Origin: a virus
Lineage: Duplodnaviria > Caudoviricetes
Virus record (IMG/VR): IMGVR_UViG_3300033463_000080
Span: 15,253-79,252 of that record
Direction: 5' to 3' (one strand)
Length of the DNA stretch: 64,000 nt
The notes beneath the pieces were generated by a model. The model had not been told where the DNA came from. It saw nothing but the letters and a program-made list of their open reading frames with translations, and searched no databases. Positions 35,401-45,984 of this stretch are shown here, in pieces. The position numbers and the translations under genes are program-made. Every line of letters starts with the position of its first letter. The stretch's first letter is position 1.

Positions 35401-37918
35401 CGAGGTCAACCAGATCTTGGCGCTTACAAACGGTGCAGATTCCTGGACGAGATGGAAAGAATACAGTGTTGAAGCGTTCGATGATACAACGAAAGCAGCC
35501 AAGGGAACCGGTAAGGCAATCAAGGATCTGCTGGCGGACTGGGATGAACTGAACATCATCCAGAGTGATTCCAGCGGAAGCGGCGGCGGAAGCACGAGCA
35601 AAAGCGACATCGACTGGTCTGAACGCGCAGAACAGGTGAAAACGTTCAGCGGACTCTCAAAATTGGTTTCAAAGGGCATCGATTTCCTTGGCGGGATTGA
35701 CGGCACGCTTGCAACGATTGCTGGATTCATAATCGGCAAAAAGATCTGGGCGAAATTCTACGAGAACGAAGGTTTCTATAAAAAGATTATTGACATCTTT
35801 AAAGGCGATAAAGGCGGCACTACAGGCACAAATCCGAACGCTCCGGACGGCAAAGGCCCCGGCGGAAGTACGGAAAATATCGTAAAGAAGACCGTTGAGG
35901 ATGCGAAACTTGCTGTTGAAAAGGAGACGGACAAACTCAAGACGTCCATTGAAGCGAACAAAACGGTTGTAAAGAAACTGGACGCGGCAACGGATGCGGT
36001 AAACAAAAACAACTCCCTGCTGACTACGGGCAGCAACGTGTTCCCGAACGGCGGAATGTCTGCTGTATTTGGAAAGATCAACAGTACGCCAACAATCAAT
36101 GGATTGCCTGTCGGCACAAAATTGAGCAGCATTAACGCTGCGAACCGCGCGCTGCTTCCCGAAAGCACAAGACCGTTCTCCGCGTTCAATATTCCGACAT
36201 TCCAGCCGGAGAAGGTAACGATTGAAGCAAAGGCTATCGAAGTTCCGAAAGAAACAGTTAATCCGTTCGCAAATGTAGCAGAAACTGTTGCGAAGATGTC
36301 TTCAGAAACAATGACAAAACTTCGCGCATCCGGATACACGGGCGGCATGAAAGCACTGGAACCGAAGACGGAAAAGGCGCTTGACAAGATTGCGGAATCG
36401 ACAATTGAGAATGCCGCAGGCAATATTGCCGGGAAGACGCTCGGATTGCCTTCCGGAAACGCAAGTGTTATTAATGCGATTGCTGAAGCGACAACAAAAG
36501 AGTTGCTTGGGACCGGAACATCAAATAACACATTGACCGGATTCCTGGCCAATGCGGTTGAAGACATTACTGCCATTGCAAACAGCACAGTAACGGGCGG
36601 TTTCATCGGAAACGGCATTACGACATCTGTTGCCGGGTTGCTTCCGGAAACAACTGTTATTTCAGAACAGGTTGCGGTTGCAACGGAAAATATGGCGGCG
36701 GTTACAGAAACGGCTGAAACGGTTGCGCATGAAATGGGAAATGCTGCAAGTCAGGCAACTGCTGTTGCGACCGACATGCAGATCATTGTTGCAGACAATA
36801 ATGCGTACAAGGATTTCTGGCAGAACGAATTTTCTGAAAACGGAGAATTCCGTGGCGCGTTCCTTGAACTGGAAAACGGTGAGATCCAGTACCTGTCTCC
36901 GGAACAGCTTGCGGCGATTGATAAATACGGACTGCACACAGGACGGATCTTTGGACGCGTGGATGAACCCGTGACGAATATGTCCAAGGGCGAACAGATG
37001 TGGTGGAACCTGAACAAGTATGATCTTGCAGGACTTGCAAGCAAGGGCATTATGGCCTACATGGCGGCAAGCGTACTCACCGGACTGTACGAAGAAGACC
37101 AGGCATACGCACAGCATTATGGGGAAGCATATACCGGAAAATCTACTGCCGAAAAACGGCAGATCCGGCGTGGTTCTTCTCCTGAAACGGCGTCAGAAGA
37201 TCTTGAAAATCTGAAAAATCAAATAAAGGGATATCTGCCTTATTGGGTTGTTGACGCTGCTTCTTCCGTGCTGGACGCGGCAAATGAGACAGGCGTTTTC
37301 GCAGGCGAACTCGCAAAGCCTGTTGTGGACATTGGAGAAAAGGTTCTTCAGGTGGTGGATGACGTCGGAGGAGCGGTTCTCGGATGGATCCCGGGTGCGT
37401 TGTATGCCACAACGGATCAGGAAAAATCAAATGAGATCTTTGAGGAGTGGCATCAGAACCCGATTATTCATTTCCTTGACGAAGCATTTGATGCGGCAGA
37501 AAGTGCCGCTGAAGATGTGGCCGAAGGAGTCAGTGAATTTGTCAAGAGGATCCTTCCTTCCAACTGGCCGGCGGGCGGCGGCGGCGGTGCGAACCTTGTC
37601 TATGACATGGAGCAGATTACCAATCCGATGAGATCGCCGCTTGGCGGAAGCATTTTCCGCATCAACACGAACGGCACTACTCCCGCTTACTACGGCGGAG
37701 TATCCGGATTCAACGGTGCCGGTGAAGGCGATGTGTCCGGCGACGTGCAGAAGGGAATGCAGGACACGAACGAAACGATCAGGAACGGCAACGACGAAAC
37801 GAACCGGCTGCTTCGGCTGATCCTGGCAAAGAACTTCCAGTTGAACCTGAACCCGACATCCAGCTGGGGATTCTTCGGGCAGAGAAGCGACCAGATGGCG
37901 CAGGAAGTAACCGGCTAA
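32453..37918 (+). CDS. Tail tape measure protein
   Basis: 1821 aa, helical, Ala-rich; GISSPAK motif; position. Confidence 0.9.
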   Translation: MAEVGVLNLTIHDNSEEAGQGLKNLSDALSAVKMAVAGFSLAGVNRSIKSIVDGVKDNTKVVSELGKLFSALAQFGKVKNFNIPTDQFTELKNAINGMSIGSTGVQMKALREAIAGEWNTENLSAVTTTMGSLQMAAAGWAQSGTAKSIMDVTKAIEKYNGAVSKMPADNPFKFVVSTFQTDLSRMSGGIDKLKQASGDWRSAMGDATKEIAASSKMKGEFIGDNMVAGVDDGMKRSITITTNTAVQLAMAIYNAIANTLGISSPAKEGIKIGEYFVEGVIIGLQTKKGELASAAKEIAEVMGSLKEINKLSKVGENLRSYGDGLRAIGSAVKAHEGSYHSITYLATAMGKLKDSFTGLKIPNFQNLVSLAEALQENYNASTELKKFADGLEALKAAGKEFSMPSFRGLISAMQAISGTNSTPMTMMAQAADAAKTMTSSVTESVKAVQAEDVALTKVEETGQSVTSTMETMNGSMREMSKTSQVMIDFSRFDPAKLPLGALGMRMDETSKQIIQFGAAAKDSFETVQRMASQQSFGQLNIEEEAKASTQQVDELKEHVLELFSQWKEALAAGREVEKEWRTTLNNPEASDTAKLDIMDKYHAAMDTVRNLRNEMLDIDKRASDMAASVGGAYESIAKAVDEHTRAIYGEVQAEGVAYKNRQLMITQMRQLEYYTKNWSQMTDKDRANFKSMHAENEIMTQSIQLIDERMAKQQELNASIEQTNTESIGGGINTRSYDDIESKLELLIEKYYIIKDKLEEGIRTGKIDDEAINSYKLSLRSLEEQINRLQMKQNELTDRSGTVISEDEAIRAAENYMQVTTSVDLLKQKLDELEVKLGRGITLGTMDTSEVITTTNQIEKLREQIAELEGQTESMTSSWASMRSDIGALFAPLKNLAHQFWNIGRRMMIRSIIRTFISGIKEGIENTYYYSKQMKTDFAPAMDQAATSITYLKNSLGAALTPALQALIPLLQTVVGWIVQLANEVNQILALTNGADSWTRWKEYSVEAFDDTTKAAKGTGKAIKDLLADWDELNIIQSDSSGSGGGSTSKSDIDWSERAEQVKTFSGLSKLVSKGIDFLGGIDGTLATIAGFIIGKKIWAKFYENEGFYKKIIDIFKGDKGGTTGTNPNAPDGKGPGGSTENIVKKTVEDAKLAVEKETDKLKTSIEANKTVVKKLDAATDAVNKNNSLLTTGSNVFPNGGMSAVFGKINSTPTINGLPVGTKLSSINAANRALLPESTRPFSAFNIPTFQPEKVTIEAKAIEVPKETVNPFANVAETVAKMSSETMTKLRASGYTGGMKALEPKTEKALDKIAESTIENAAGNIAGKTLGLPSGNASVINAIAEATTKELLGTGTSNNTLTGFLANAVEDITAIANSTVTGGFIGNGITTSVAGLLPETTVISEQVAVATENMAAVTETAETVAHEMGNAASQATAVATDMQIIVADNNAYKDFWQNEFSENGEFRGAFLELENGEIQYLSPEQLAAIDKYGLHTGRIFGRVDEPVTNMSKGEQMWWNLNKYDLAGLASKGIMAYMAASVLTGLYEEDQAYAQHYGEAYTGKSTAEKRQIRRGSSPETASEDLENLKNQIKGYLPYWVVDAASSVLDAANETGVFAGELAKPVVDIGEKVLQVVDDVGGAVLGWIPGALYATTDQEKSNEIFEEWHQNPIIHFLDEAFDAAESAAEDVAEGVSEFVKRILPSNWPAGGGGGANLVYDMEQITNPMRSPLGGSIFRINTNGTTPAYYGGVSGFNGAGEGDVSGDVQKGMQDTNETIRNGNDETNRLLRLILAKNFQLNLNPTSSWGFFGQRSDQMAQEVTG

Positions 37919-37930
37919 TGAGGTGAGCGC

Positions 37931-38317
37931 ATGGCAACAAGAGCATACAAGTACACCATGGGAATCGTCGCGAATAACGTGGCGATTCCCGACCCGTCCG
38001 AATGGAACTACCAGGTGGGAGATCTGGATACGAGCGGCAAGCGGGACGCGACCGGACTGCTTCACAGGGCATACGTGGCCACGAAGATTAACTACGAGTT
38101 CAACTGGAAGAGCCTGGACTGGGAGATGCTGCAGATAATTGTGGCGGCGGTGCAGAACCAGAAGTTCACGCTGACCGCGCCGGATCCGCGCACGTTTAAC
38201 ACGATGTACACCGGCGACTACTATGTGGGCGACCGGACGGGGAAGTGCCTGTACTACCTGCCGGAGAAACCGGACGTGGCGCAGTTTGATCTGAAGCTGA
38301 AGTTTATTGAGTACTGA
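37931..38317 (+). CDS. Distal tail protein
   Basis: Follows tape measure; DPSEW, SGKRDATGLLHR, YVGDRT. Confidence 0.65.
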   Translation: MATRAYKYTMGIVANNVAIPDPSEWNYQVGDLDTSGKRDATGLLHRAYVATKINYEFNWKSLDWEMLQIIVAAVQNQKFTLTAPDPRTFNTMYTGDYYVGDRTGKCLYYLPEKPDVAQFDLKLKFIEY

Positions 38318-38318
38318 C

Positions 38319-38360
38319 ACCTCATCCGGCCTTCGGCCACCTTCCCCTCAAGGGGAAGGC
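38319..38360. repeat. REP/RPE-like intergenic palindrome
   Basis: ACCTCATCCGGCCTTCGGCCACCTTCCCCTCAAGGGGAAGGC, two-hairpin form like bacterial intergenic repeats. Confidence 0.6.
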
Positions 38361-38464
38361 GATTTACAGGTGACAAAAACTACGATATGTAGTATTATTA
38401 TTACGATTCAGGCACAAGGCGAAGTGGCACGAGAACCGTCCCCGGCGTGCCAAGGGAGGTAAAA

Positions 38465-39616
38465 ATGTACACGGCAAGCAATGAGTTCCACGAAGCGGTA
38501 GCGAACGGCGCGCCGCAGATTGCGATGCTCGTGTTTTCCGACGCGATTTTTACTAACTCGGACATCGACGTGGAAGCCGGGATCGAACTGGACGAGTACT
38601 TTGGCACGGAAGAGGACATCACCATCGGGCAGGCGTTAAGCAACGAACTGCGGTTCACGCTGTTCAACGACAGCCGGTTGCTGAACGACTACGCGTTCGG
38701 CGAGTTCAACGCATACATCGGCGCGCGGGTGGACCGGAGCGCCACGTCCACAAGCGATCTGCACGCGTCGCTCGGATCCACATGGAAATGGAAGAACGGG
38801 AAACTGTATCGCGGGAACTCGCAGGTTTCATCCCAGCCGTCGTTCACCGTGACGAGCATCGTGATCGTCCGGGAAAAGGACGGCACGCAGAAGGTGCATG
38901 TGTTTGGCGGTGGACAATGCAAATCGTACACGTCGGCCGGGGCGGCGATAACGTATCTGCCCAATGCCGCGATGATCGCGAAGGGAAACAGCCTTGCCGG
39001 ACGCGGGTACACGGTGTACTTCGACAGTTCGTTCAACGCAACGGTGACGGTGTTCGGTCCGGTTTACGACGAGGAATACGAGTTTGTTCCCCTGGGACGG
39101 TTCATCGCGAAGCGGCCGAACGTGCCGGACGTGAACCAGATCAATTTCACATGCCACGACCAGATGACGAAGTTTGACACGGACATGCCGACGGCGGAAG
39201 AACTGAGCATGACCTACCCGGCGACGTTCGGAACGCTGTTCGTGCGGATGTGTACGAAGATGAACGTGCCGTATTCCACGGCGGCATTCATCAACAACGG
39301 CGCGACGATTACGGCGGAACCGGAGGAGTTCCGGAACGCAACCATGCGCCAGGTACTGCAATGGCTGGCGGAAGCGGCCGGGAGCGTGCTGAGGTTCGAC
39401 CGGGACGGTGTGCTGCGGTTCGACTGGATCCACACGAACACCGGGATCTCGCTGACGGAGACGGACTACAGCGAGTACAACCCGTACTGGTATGAGACGC
39501 CGCAGGTGGACAAGCTGTACAACCGGAACTCCCAGAGCGGAGTGGACAACACGGTCGGAAGCGGCAGCGTCGGATACCTGATCCAGGACAATCCATTGCT
39601 GAAGGGGGTGAGTTGA
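38465..39616 (+). CDS. Baseplate/tail-associated protein
   Basis: GGAGGT RBS; LGRFIAKRP, CHDQMTKFD, REVLQW-like segment, RFDRDG. Confidence 0.65.
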   Translation: MYTASNEFHEAVANGAPQIAMLVFSDAIFTNSDIDVEAGIELDEYFGTEEDITIGQALSNELRFTLFNDSRLLNDYAFGEFNAYIGARVDRSATSTSDLHASLGSTWKWKNGKLYRGNSQVSSQPSFTVTSIVIVREKDGTQKVHVFGGGQCKSYTSAGAAITYLPNAAMIAKGNSLAGRGYTVYFDSSFNATVTVFGPVYDEEYEFVPLGRFIAKRPNVPDVNQINFTCHDQMTKFDTDMPTAEELSMTYPATFGTLFVRMCTKMNVPYSTAAFINNGATITAEPEEFRNATMRQVLQWLAEAAGSVLRFDRDGVLRFDWIHTNTGISLTETDYSEYNPYWYETPQVDKLYNRNSQSGVDNTVGSGSVGYLIQDNPLLKGVS

Positions 39617-39617
39617 G

Positions 39618-42600
39618 ATGGCGATACAGAACGCATCCCTGACGCAAATCTACGACCGGCTGCACGGCGTGAGCGGATACCACCCGATGAGCGCGGAAAC
39701 GTTCTACGACTGGAGCGTTGAAGCGGGGGACGCGGTTACGGTCAGCAGGGACAACGTGGCATACACCAGTCCGGTGAGCAGCATGAAACTGGTGTGGCGC
39801 GGAAGTCCGCAGGTGACGCTGAACGCGGCCGGAAAGCAGGAACGGGACTCGGTCACGAAGACGAGCCAGCGGAAGTACGGACGCGGCGGCACGGCCATGC
39901 AGATGAACCAGGGCGTGTACAAGGATCTGTACAGCGACGACGGCCGGCTGCACAGCCAGTTGATGTTTACGGAGTCGAAACTTGAGATCGAGTTTCAGGC
40001 GGGGATTGAAAGCACCCGGGTGGACTTCGCCAGCGCGCTGGAATACACGGCAAGCCATCTGGAAGTGGAGTTCGCCGCCGGGATCGAGAGTACGCGGGTT
40101 GATTTCACCAGCCAACTGGAACTGACGGCCAGCCATCTGGAAACGGAGTTCGCTGCGGGGATTGAAAGCACGCGGACGGACTTTGCCAGCCAACTGGAAA
40201 TGACGGCCAGCGCGCTGACGGTGGCGTTCACCGCCGGGATCGAAAGCACGCGGACGGATTTCCAGAGCGAACTGGAAATGACAGCCAGCAGCCTGAATGT
40301 TGCGATTGCAGATAGTGCCAGTCAGTTGCAGAGCAACATTGACGTTCAGGCCGGACGGATCAGCCTGGTTGTGACGGACGGATCCAACCCGACGATCAGG
40401 GCGGCACAGATTGCTGTTGCGATCAACAGGGACGGAAGTAACGCGTACATCAATGCGGACCACATTCATCTGACAGGCGAAACTACGCTGGACGGGCAAC
40501 TGACGGTCCAGGACGGATCGCTGCTCGTGAAAACCGCGCTGCTTGTGAGCGGAACCACCGGCGGAAACGTATCGATCAACAACGGCAAGATTACCGCAAA
40601 GAGCCATCAGGTAAACAGTGGCGGCGATATTATCTTCGTCGGCACGGGAACAGGCGAACATTATGATATCGACGTGAACGTCCTGAAGGGAATGATCAAG
40701 AGTTTTTCCGTCAATACGCAGACGAATACGCTGACGCTTGTTCCGTTTTACGGAGATCCGGTAAATTTTAGCAAAGCTATTTCAACGACACTGACTGGCA
40801 GTTGGAGTAGCGCGCATCTGGACGTCCTTGCCAGTCCGCAGAATCAGCATTATCACCAGTACATTATTGACAGCGCGACAAAGGAAGATATTGACGGGAA
40901 CCCCGCCGCAACCGGAGCAAAGTCATGGTATGTTCCGGTTAATTACAAGAACAATCCGAGCGAAACCGGCATGGGCAATCCGACCGGACTCCGGATTGCC
41001 GTCAACGCGACATCCCTGTACAACGCCGGGTGGAACAACGCTTACGGCCAGTGCGTAATTCCGACAGCGCAGAGCCTGACCAGTGAAACGCTGAACTGCG
41101 CATGGCCGAGCAGTTCCGTGGACGGAAGCGCGCTGCCGATCAACTACACGATCAACGTAACCCAGACGAGTGCTCAGATCCGCTACGGCACAACGGTCGT
41201 CGCCATGAAAGCGCACACGCAGTACGCGGACGGACAGGCATCGGTCACGCTGAACGATCCCACATGGACAACGGCACCGAGCGCCAGCATTACCGGCAAC
41301 AGCAACACGGCAACGGTCACAACGAACGGACGGCCCACGCAGCTGAGTAAGACCGTGCCGATCTACATGACCCAGGGCAACTGGAGCAGCAACAAGAAGT
41401 ATGTGTACGCCCATGTGACGAACTCGTCGGACTCCAACCGGATCGCGCGGCTTGAAGTGGACGCCAGTACGCTGGTGACGAATGCCGGATATTCCGGACG
41501 GGCATCAGTTACGCTGCTGGATCCCACATGGACAGCCGCGCCGAATGCGAACATCACGGTCAGCAACAATACGGCGACGGTCAGCACAACGGGGCGGACG
41601 GATACAAGCGGAGCCACGGCGAACCTGAGTAAGACGGTTCCGATTTACATGTCCCAGGGCGACTGGAGCAGCAACAAGAAGTACGTTTACGCGCACGTTA
41701 CGAACACGAATGCCGGGAACAGGATTACACGGATTCAGGTGGATGCCAGCACGCTTGTAACCAATGCAGGATATGCAGGACGCGCGGCGGTCACGCTGAA
41801 CAACCCGACATGGTCCACCACGCCTGGGTCGAGCGTTTCGGTCGGAAACAACACGGTTTCCGTTAAGACAAGCGGACGGACGAACACGGCAGGCACCGCA
41901 GACGAACAGACAAAGAGCGTTGTGCTGTACCTGAATCAGGATTCCTCATTCGACAGCAGCTACAAGAAGTACGTGTACATCACGCACACGGATACTTCCG
42001 CATCCCACCGCGTCGCCCGGATCCAGATTGACGCCAGCAATATTGCGAACGACCGCTGGAACAGCGGATATGACACGGCCAAAGGATACGTCAGTTGTCC
42101 TTCGTCCGCAGCCAGCGGCGGATCCATCACCATCAAAGGCCCGAACGCAGCGAGAACCGCGTCCGAAAATTACAGGACGTACACGCTGAACAACAACGGA
42201 AACAATGAAGTCATCCTGTACACGGTCGTCAACAGTTCCAATGTGACGGTCGCAAAGATTACGCACAACAAATGGAACAGCGGATACGACACGGCCAAAG
42301 GTTATGTTTCTTGCCCGACAGCCGCAGGAACCGGATCCTCGATTACGATTAAAGGGCCGAATGCCGCGAGAACCGCGTCTGAAAACTACAGGACATACGC
42401 CCTTGCGAACAACGGCAACAACGAGGTTGTGTTGTATACGAGCGTAAACGGATCGAATGTTAATGTGGCGAAGTTTACGCACAACAAGTACAACGCAGGC
42501 TGGGGAGCGGCTGTTGACAAGACCACCATTCCTTTAAGCGCAAACTGGACAACTAGCATGGTTGTAAAGTATCCAACCAGTACGGTAGGAACCGGAAACC

Positions 42601-43232
42601 AGGTGACATATGTGATGACGCCAAGCGCGTGGAATGGAAACGTTATTACAATGATGGTAAAGGCCGGTGATATATCTGGTACTACCGTTATGGCTCACGA
42701 TATCAACATCACCGACAAGGTTGCCGCGAGTATCGATATGGCCGGCGGGTACAACGCGCAGGACTACAATTACTGGTGGTCACCTGAGGAATCCGGCTGG
42801 TATATGAATCCCAACATGGTTGCGAAAAATTCAAATGGAACAGCTGTATTAACGTATAGAGTTCCGGCGATGAGAGTTCAAAACTTTGCAAATGCTATTG
42901 TAGCACAGGGATGGGATGGGTACCGAGCAGATGTAAACTGGGGATTTTTAGAAGATACGGGAGAAGTATATCGGCCTGCTGCGTGGGGTGTTGGCGGAGC
43001 AGAAACCTGGTTCAACGTGACGGACTACGGGTATACAAAGAGCAGTTATAGTCACAGCATGACGATTACCCGCGTACCGGCCGGATATACGGATAACAAG
43101 GAGTACGTGTACTACGGGAAACTTTATTATTGGGACGAGTTCAACGCGCGGTACGTGGCAGCATACAGTTCCAACCAGTACTGGTACAGAAGCGGAACCA
43201 ACAAGAGTGGTTCAACCACTGTTCATTATTAA
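39618..43232 (+). CDS. Large tail spike/central fibre protein with internal repeats
   Basis: Four 26-aa coiled repeats, three ~90-aa repeats, two ~72-aa repeats. Confidence 0.7.
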   Translation: MAIQNASLTQIYDRLHGVSGYHPMSAETFYDWSVEAGDAVTVSRDNVAYTSPVSSMKLVWRGSPQVTLNAAGKQERDSVTKTSQRKYGRGGTAMQMNQGVYKDLYSDDGRLHSQLMFTESKLEIEFQAGIESTRVDFASALEYTASHLEVEFAAGIESTRVDFTSQLELTASHLETEFAAGIESTRTDFASQLEMTASALTVAFTAGIESTRTDFQSELEMTASSLNVAIADSASQLQSNIDVQAGRISLVVTDGSNPTIRAAQIAVAINRDGSNAYINADHIHLTGETTLDGQLTVQDGSLLVKTALLVSGTTGGNVSINNGKITAKSHQVNSGGDIIFVGTGTGEHYDIDVNVLKGMIKSFSVNTQTNTLTLVPFYGDPVNFSKAISTTLTGSWSSAHLDVLASPQNQHYHQYIIDSATKEDIDGNPAATGAKSWYVPVNYKNNPSETGMGNPTGLRIAVNATSLYNAGWNNAYGQCVIPTAQSLTSETLNCAWPSSSVDGSALPINYTINVTQTSAQIRYGTTVVAMKAHTQYADGQASVTLNDPTWTTAPSASITGNSNTATVTTNGRPTQLSKTVPIYMTQGNWSSNKKYVYAHVTNSSDSNRIARLEVDASTLVTNAGYSGRASVTLLDPTWTAAPNANITVSNNTATVSTTGRTDTSGATANLSKTVPIYMSQGDWSSNKKYVYAHVTNTNAGNRITRIQVDASTLVTNAGYAGRAAVTLNNPTWSTTPGSSVSVGNNTVSVKTSGRTNTAGTADEQTKSVVLYLNQDSSFDSSYKKYVYITHTDTSASHRVARIQIDASNIANDRWNSGYDTAKGYVSCPSSAASGGSITIKGPNAARTASENYRTYTLNNNGNNEVILYTVVNSSNVTVAKITHNKWNSGYDTAKGYVSCPTAAGTGSSITIKGPNAARTASENYRTYALANNGNNEVVLYTSVNGSNVNVAKFTHNKYNAGWGAAVDKTTIPLSANWTTSMVVKYPTSTVGTGNQVTYVMTPSAWNGNVITMMVKAGDISGTTVMAHDINITDKVAASIDMAGGYNAQDYNYWWSPEESGWYMNPNMVAKNSNGTAVLTYRVPAMRVQNFANAIVAQGWDGYRADVNWGFLEDTGEVYRPAAWGVGGAETWFNVTDYGYTKSSYSHSMTITRVPAGYTDNKEYVYYGKLYYWDEFNARYVAAYSSNQYWYRSGTNKSGSTTVHY
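39975..40295 (+). repeat. 78-bp coding tandem repeat, 4 units
   Basis: EF.AGIESTR.DF.S.LE.TAS units; CCATCT at 40055 and 40133. Confidence 0.8.
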
Positions 43233-43246
43233 GGAGGGACAACAAA

Positions 43247-43516
43247 ATGGAGAATCAGATTACGGTAGAACAGGCGCTGGAGATCACGATCAACATGCTG
43301 AAGGATATTAATGTTCCCGTCAGTATGCTGGAGCAGATCGGGTTTCCGATCAGCAGGGCAATCGGCAACCTGGCGCAATGCGTTGAAGCGATCCGGCGCG
43401 ACCAGGCGAAGGCGCAGGATCCGGTGGAACAGGAAAAACCGGAGTTCGTTGACGCAGGTTTTGAGGAGAACAAGGAAAACCTGCCCAAGGCAGACAAAAC
43501 GATTGAGGTTTCATAA
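43247..43516 (+). CDS. Small tail-associated protein
   Basis: AAGGAGG RBS. Confidence 0.6.
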   Translation: MENQITVEQALEITINMLKDINVPVSMLEQIGFPISRAIGNLAQCVEAIRRDQAKAQDPVEQEKPEFVDAGFEENKENLPKADKTIEVS

Positions 43517-43545
43517 TCAATCCACGGAAAAGGGGGAATCTACTC

Positions 43546-45984
43546 ATGATTGTTGACGCGAAGAAAGGCGCACCGTCCGCTGAGATCGGCCGGATCGGCG
43601 AGAACAACGCGCGGCAGATGCGGTTCTATGTCGGCGACGTGCTGGAAGAGCATCCGGACGCGATATTCAACCTGCTGAACAAGCGCCCGAAGGACACCGT
43701 TGCATACCCAGTCGCCAGCGCGAACATCCGGATTGAGGAAGGGTATCTGTACTGGACGCTCCAGAGCGCGGACATGGCGCAGAAGGGGAACGGCAAGTGC
43801 CAGCTGATCGTGCTGGACGGCGAGACAATTGTCAAAAGCACGATCTATAACACGTTTATCGGCGACGCGCTCGACGGCAGCGGTACTCCCCCTGAACCGT
43901 GGGTCAGCTGGGTGGAGGAAGTACTGGAAGCGGCAGAGGAAGCGAAGGACGCGGCGGCGATGCTGGAGAACTGCTCCGCCGAAGCGGAAACGCTGCCGCC
44001 GGGGACTCCGGCAACGGCCAGTTACGAGGACGGGGTGTTCCATTTCGGGATTCCGAACGGAGATCCTTCCGCGATCATCAACGACGAAGCGGGAGAAGGC
44101 GTTACCGGGCAGACTTGGAGTGCGAACAAGCTGATCGGGCAGTTCGGCGGGAAAGCGGACAAGGCGGACACCGTACTGGACACCACGCTCAGTGGTGGAA
44201 GAAAAAGCGGTACGACTGTTGGAAGCGGGAGTGTTGCATTCGGTCAGAATGTGGAAGCAAGCGGATCGTATTCACAAGCGTTTGGTGTTGATTCTAAGGC
44301 AACCAATTTGGCGTGTCATGCCGATGGTTTTAATACGACCGCGTCAGGATATCAAGGCGATCACGCTGAGGGTTTCGGTACGACCGCATCTGGCGGACAA
44401 GGCGCACACGCGGAAGGGTATATGACGATTGCGTCCGGTATGCGCGGATCTCATGCGGAAGGAAATCAAACGCAAGCATTGGGCGGTGGGAGTCACGCGG
44501 AAGGACTTAAAACAATCGCATATGGTTCTTATAGCCATGCGGAAGGACGTGAAACAAAAGCAGTCAGCGTTGGATGTCATGCGGGCGGATATTTTAATGT
44601 AGAAGAAAAAACGATTGAAGAGTGGGATGAGTTTTCAAGAGCAAATAGCTATAATGTCGGTGAAAGAGTTAAAGTCACTTCTGGTACGGCCCCCTCAGAA
44701 ACAGTAAAAGGCTACGAATGTATAACGCCTGTGACACCCGGATATTCATTTAATCCGTCAAAGTGGAAAGTTATCAGTAGCATTGCTGATTTTCTTGAAA
44801 TTATCGGCAACGGAACGAGTAACAGCAAATCGAATGCAAGACAATTAGATAAGTATGGCAATGAACGCCTTATGGGCGATGTATATGTCGGATGCAACGC
44901 GGATTCTTCCGGTGGCAGCAAGCTGGCGAAGGTCAGCGAAATCATTCCGGCAACCGAAAAGGGATCTGCAAACGGTGTTGCATCGCTTGATGCGGGCGGC
45001 AAGGTTCCTGCATCCCAGCTTCCGTCCTACGTGGACGACATCGTGAACGGCTACTACGACGACGGCCACTTCTACGAGGACAGCCAGCACACCACGGAGA
45101 TTACGGGCGAGGATGGAAAAATCTATGTAGACCTTCCGACCAACACCACCTGGCGGTGGAGCGGGGAAGCGTTCGTGCAGATCAAGGGCGACCTGGCGCT
45201 CGGCGAAACAAGCGATACAGCATATCGCGGCGACCGTGGCAAGATGGCATACGACCACGCGTCGGACGCGAACCGAATCACCACGGCGCAGATGAGTGGC
45301 CTGTACAAGATTGCTGTTACAGGCGAAGGGCATGTGCAGAGCGTTACGCCGGTTGAAAAGAACGATATTACGGCACTGGGAATTCCGGGGCAGGACTCGC
45401 TTTCAGCAGGGTATTATTCAAGCTATACCCGGAATGCTATGGGGAATCAAGTGAATTATGTCCTGACGATAAAGTTTACGGATTATCGCCTGCGGGAGAA
45501 TAACGCGTTCATGGTCGTATTTCCGCAAAATTTCGCAACGAGCGGGGATACAAGCAGTAATTATGTAACCATTAGCCTAAATATCAACAGCACCGGGGCA
45601 AAAACAACATATATCAACGGTGTTTCCGGAGGACTCGGATACGCAGTATCCATCTCCGCTGGCGTATACTGGGTATATTATGACGGGACATATTATTACC
45701 TGCGGAAAGACGGTCTTTCCACGCCGAAAATCAATGGCAAAGCTGTCGGAAACGCTATTGCGAAGGACGTTGATACCAGCGTTTCGGAAGGCTCCACCAG
45801 TACAAACCTCCCGACTTCTCAGGCTGTGGCAACACTTGTAAGCACGAAAGCGAGTAAGGATACTGCCACGCAGAGCGCTGACGGTCTGATGAGTTCCACG
45901 GACAAGACGAAACTGGACGGAATTGATATTGCCACAACCGCCGAGACACAGGCGATCATTGATGAATATGGGGTGAGCGCATGA
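43546..45984 (+). CDS. Tail fibre/receptor-binding protein with BppU-like N-terminus and YadA-like repeats
   Basis: IGRIGENNAR N-terminus; 14-aa AEG..T.ASG..SH repeats; ANGVASLDAGGKVPASQL. Confidence 0.75.
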   Translation: MIVDAKKGAPSAEIGRIGENNARQMRFYVGDVLEEHPDAIFNLLNKRPKDTVAYPVASANIRIEEGYLYWTLQSADMAQKGNGKCQLIVLDGETIVKSTIYNTFIGDALDGSGTPPEPWVSWVEEVLEAAEEAKDAAAMLENCSAEAETLPPGTPATASYEDGVFHFGIPNGDPSAIINDEAGEGVTGQTWSANKLIGQFGGKADKADTVLDTTLSGGRKSGTTVGSGSVAFGQNVEASGSYSQAFGVDSKATNLACHADGFNTTASGYQGDHAEGFGTTASGGQGAHAEGYMTIASGMRGSHAEGNQTQALGGGSHAEGLKTIAYGSYSHAEGRETKAVSVGCHAGGYFNVEEKTIEEWDEFSRANSYNVGERVKVTSGTAPSETVKGYECITPVTPGYSFNPSKWKVISSIADFLEIIGNGTSNSKSNARQLDKYGNERLMGDVYVGCNADSSGGSKLAKVSEIIPATEKGSANGVASLDAGGKVPASQLPSYVDDIVNGYYDDGHFYEDSQHTTEITGEDGKIYVDLPTNTTWRWSGEAFVQIKGDLALGETSDTAYRGDRGKMAYDHASDANRITTAQMSGLYKIAVTGEGHVQSVTPVEKNDITALGIPGQDSLSAGYYSSYTRNAMGNQVNYVLTIKFTDYRLRENNAFMVVFPQNFATSGDTSSNYVTISLNINSTGAKTTYINGVSGGLGYAVSISAGVYWVYYDGTYYYLRKDGLSTPKINGKAVGNAIAKDVDTSVSEGSTSTNLPTSQAVATLVSTKASKDTATQSADGLMSSTDKTKLDGIDIATTAETQAIIDEYGVSA

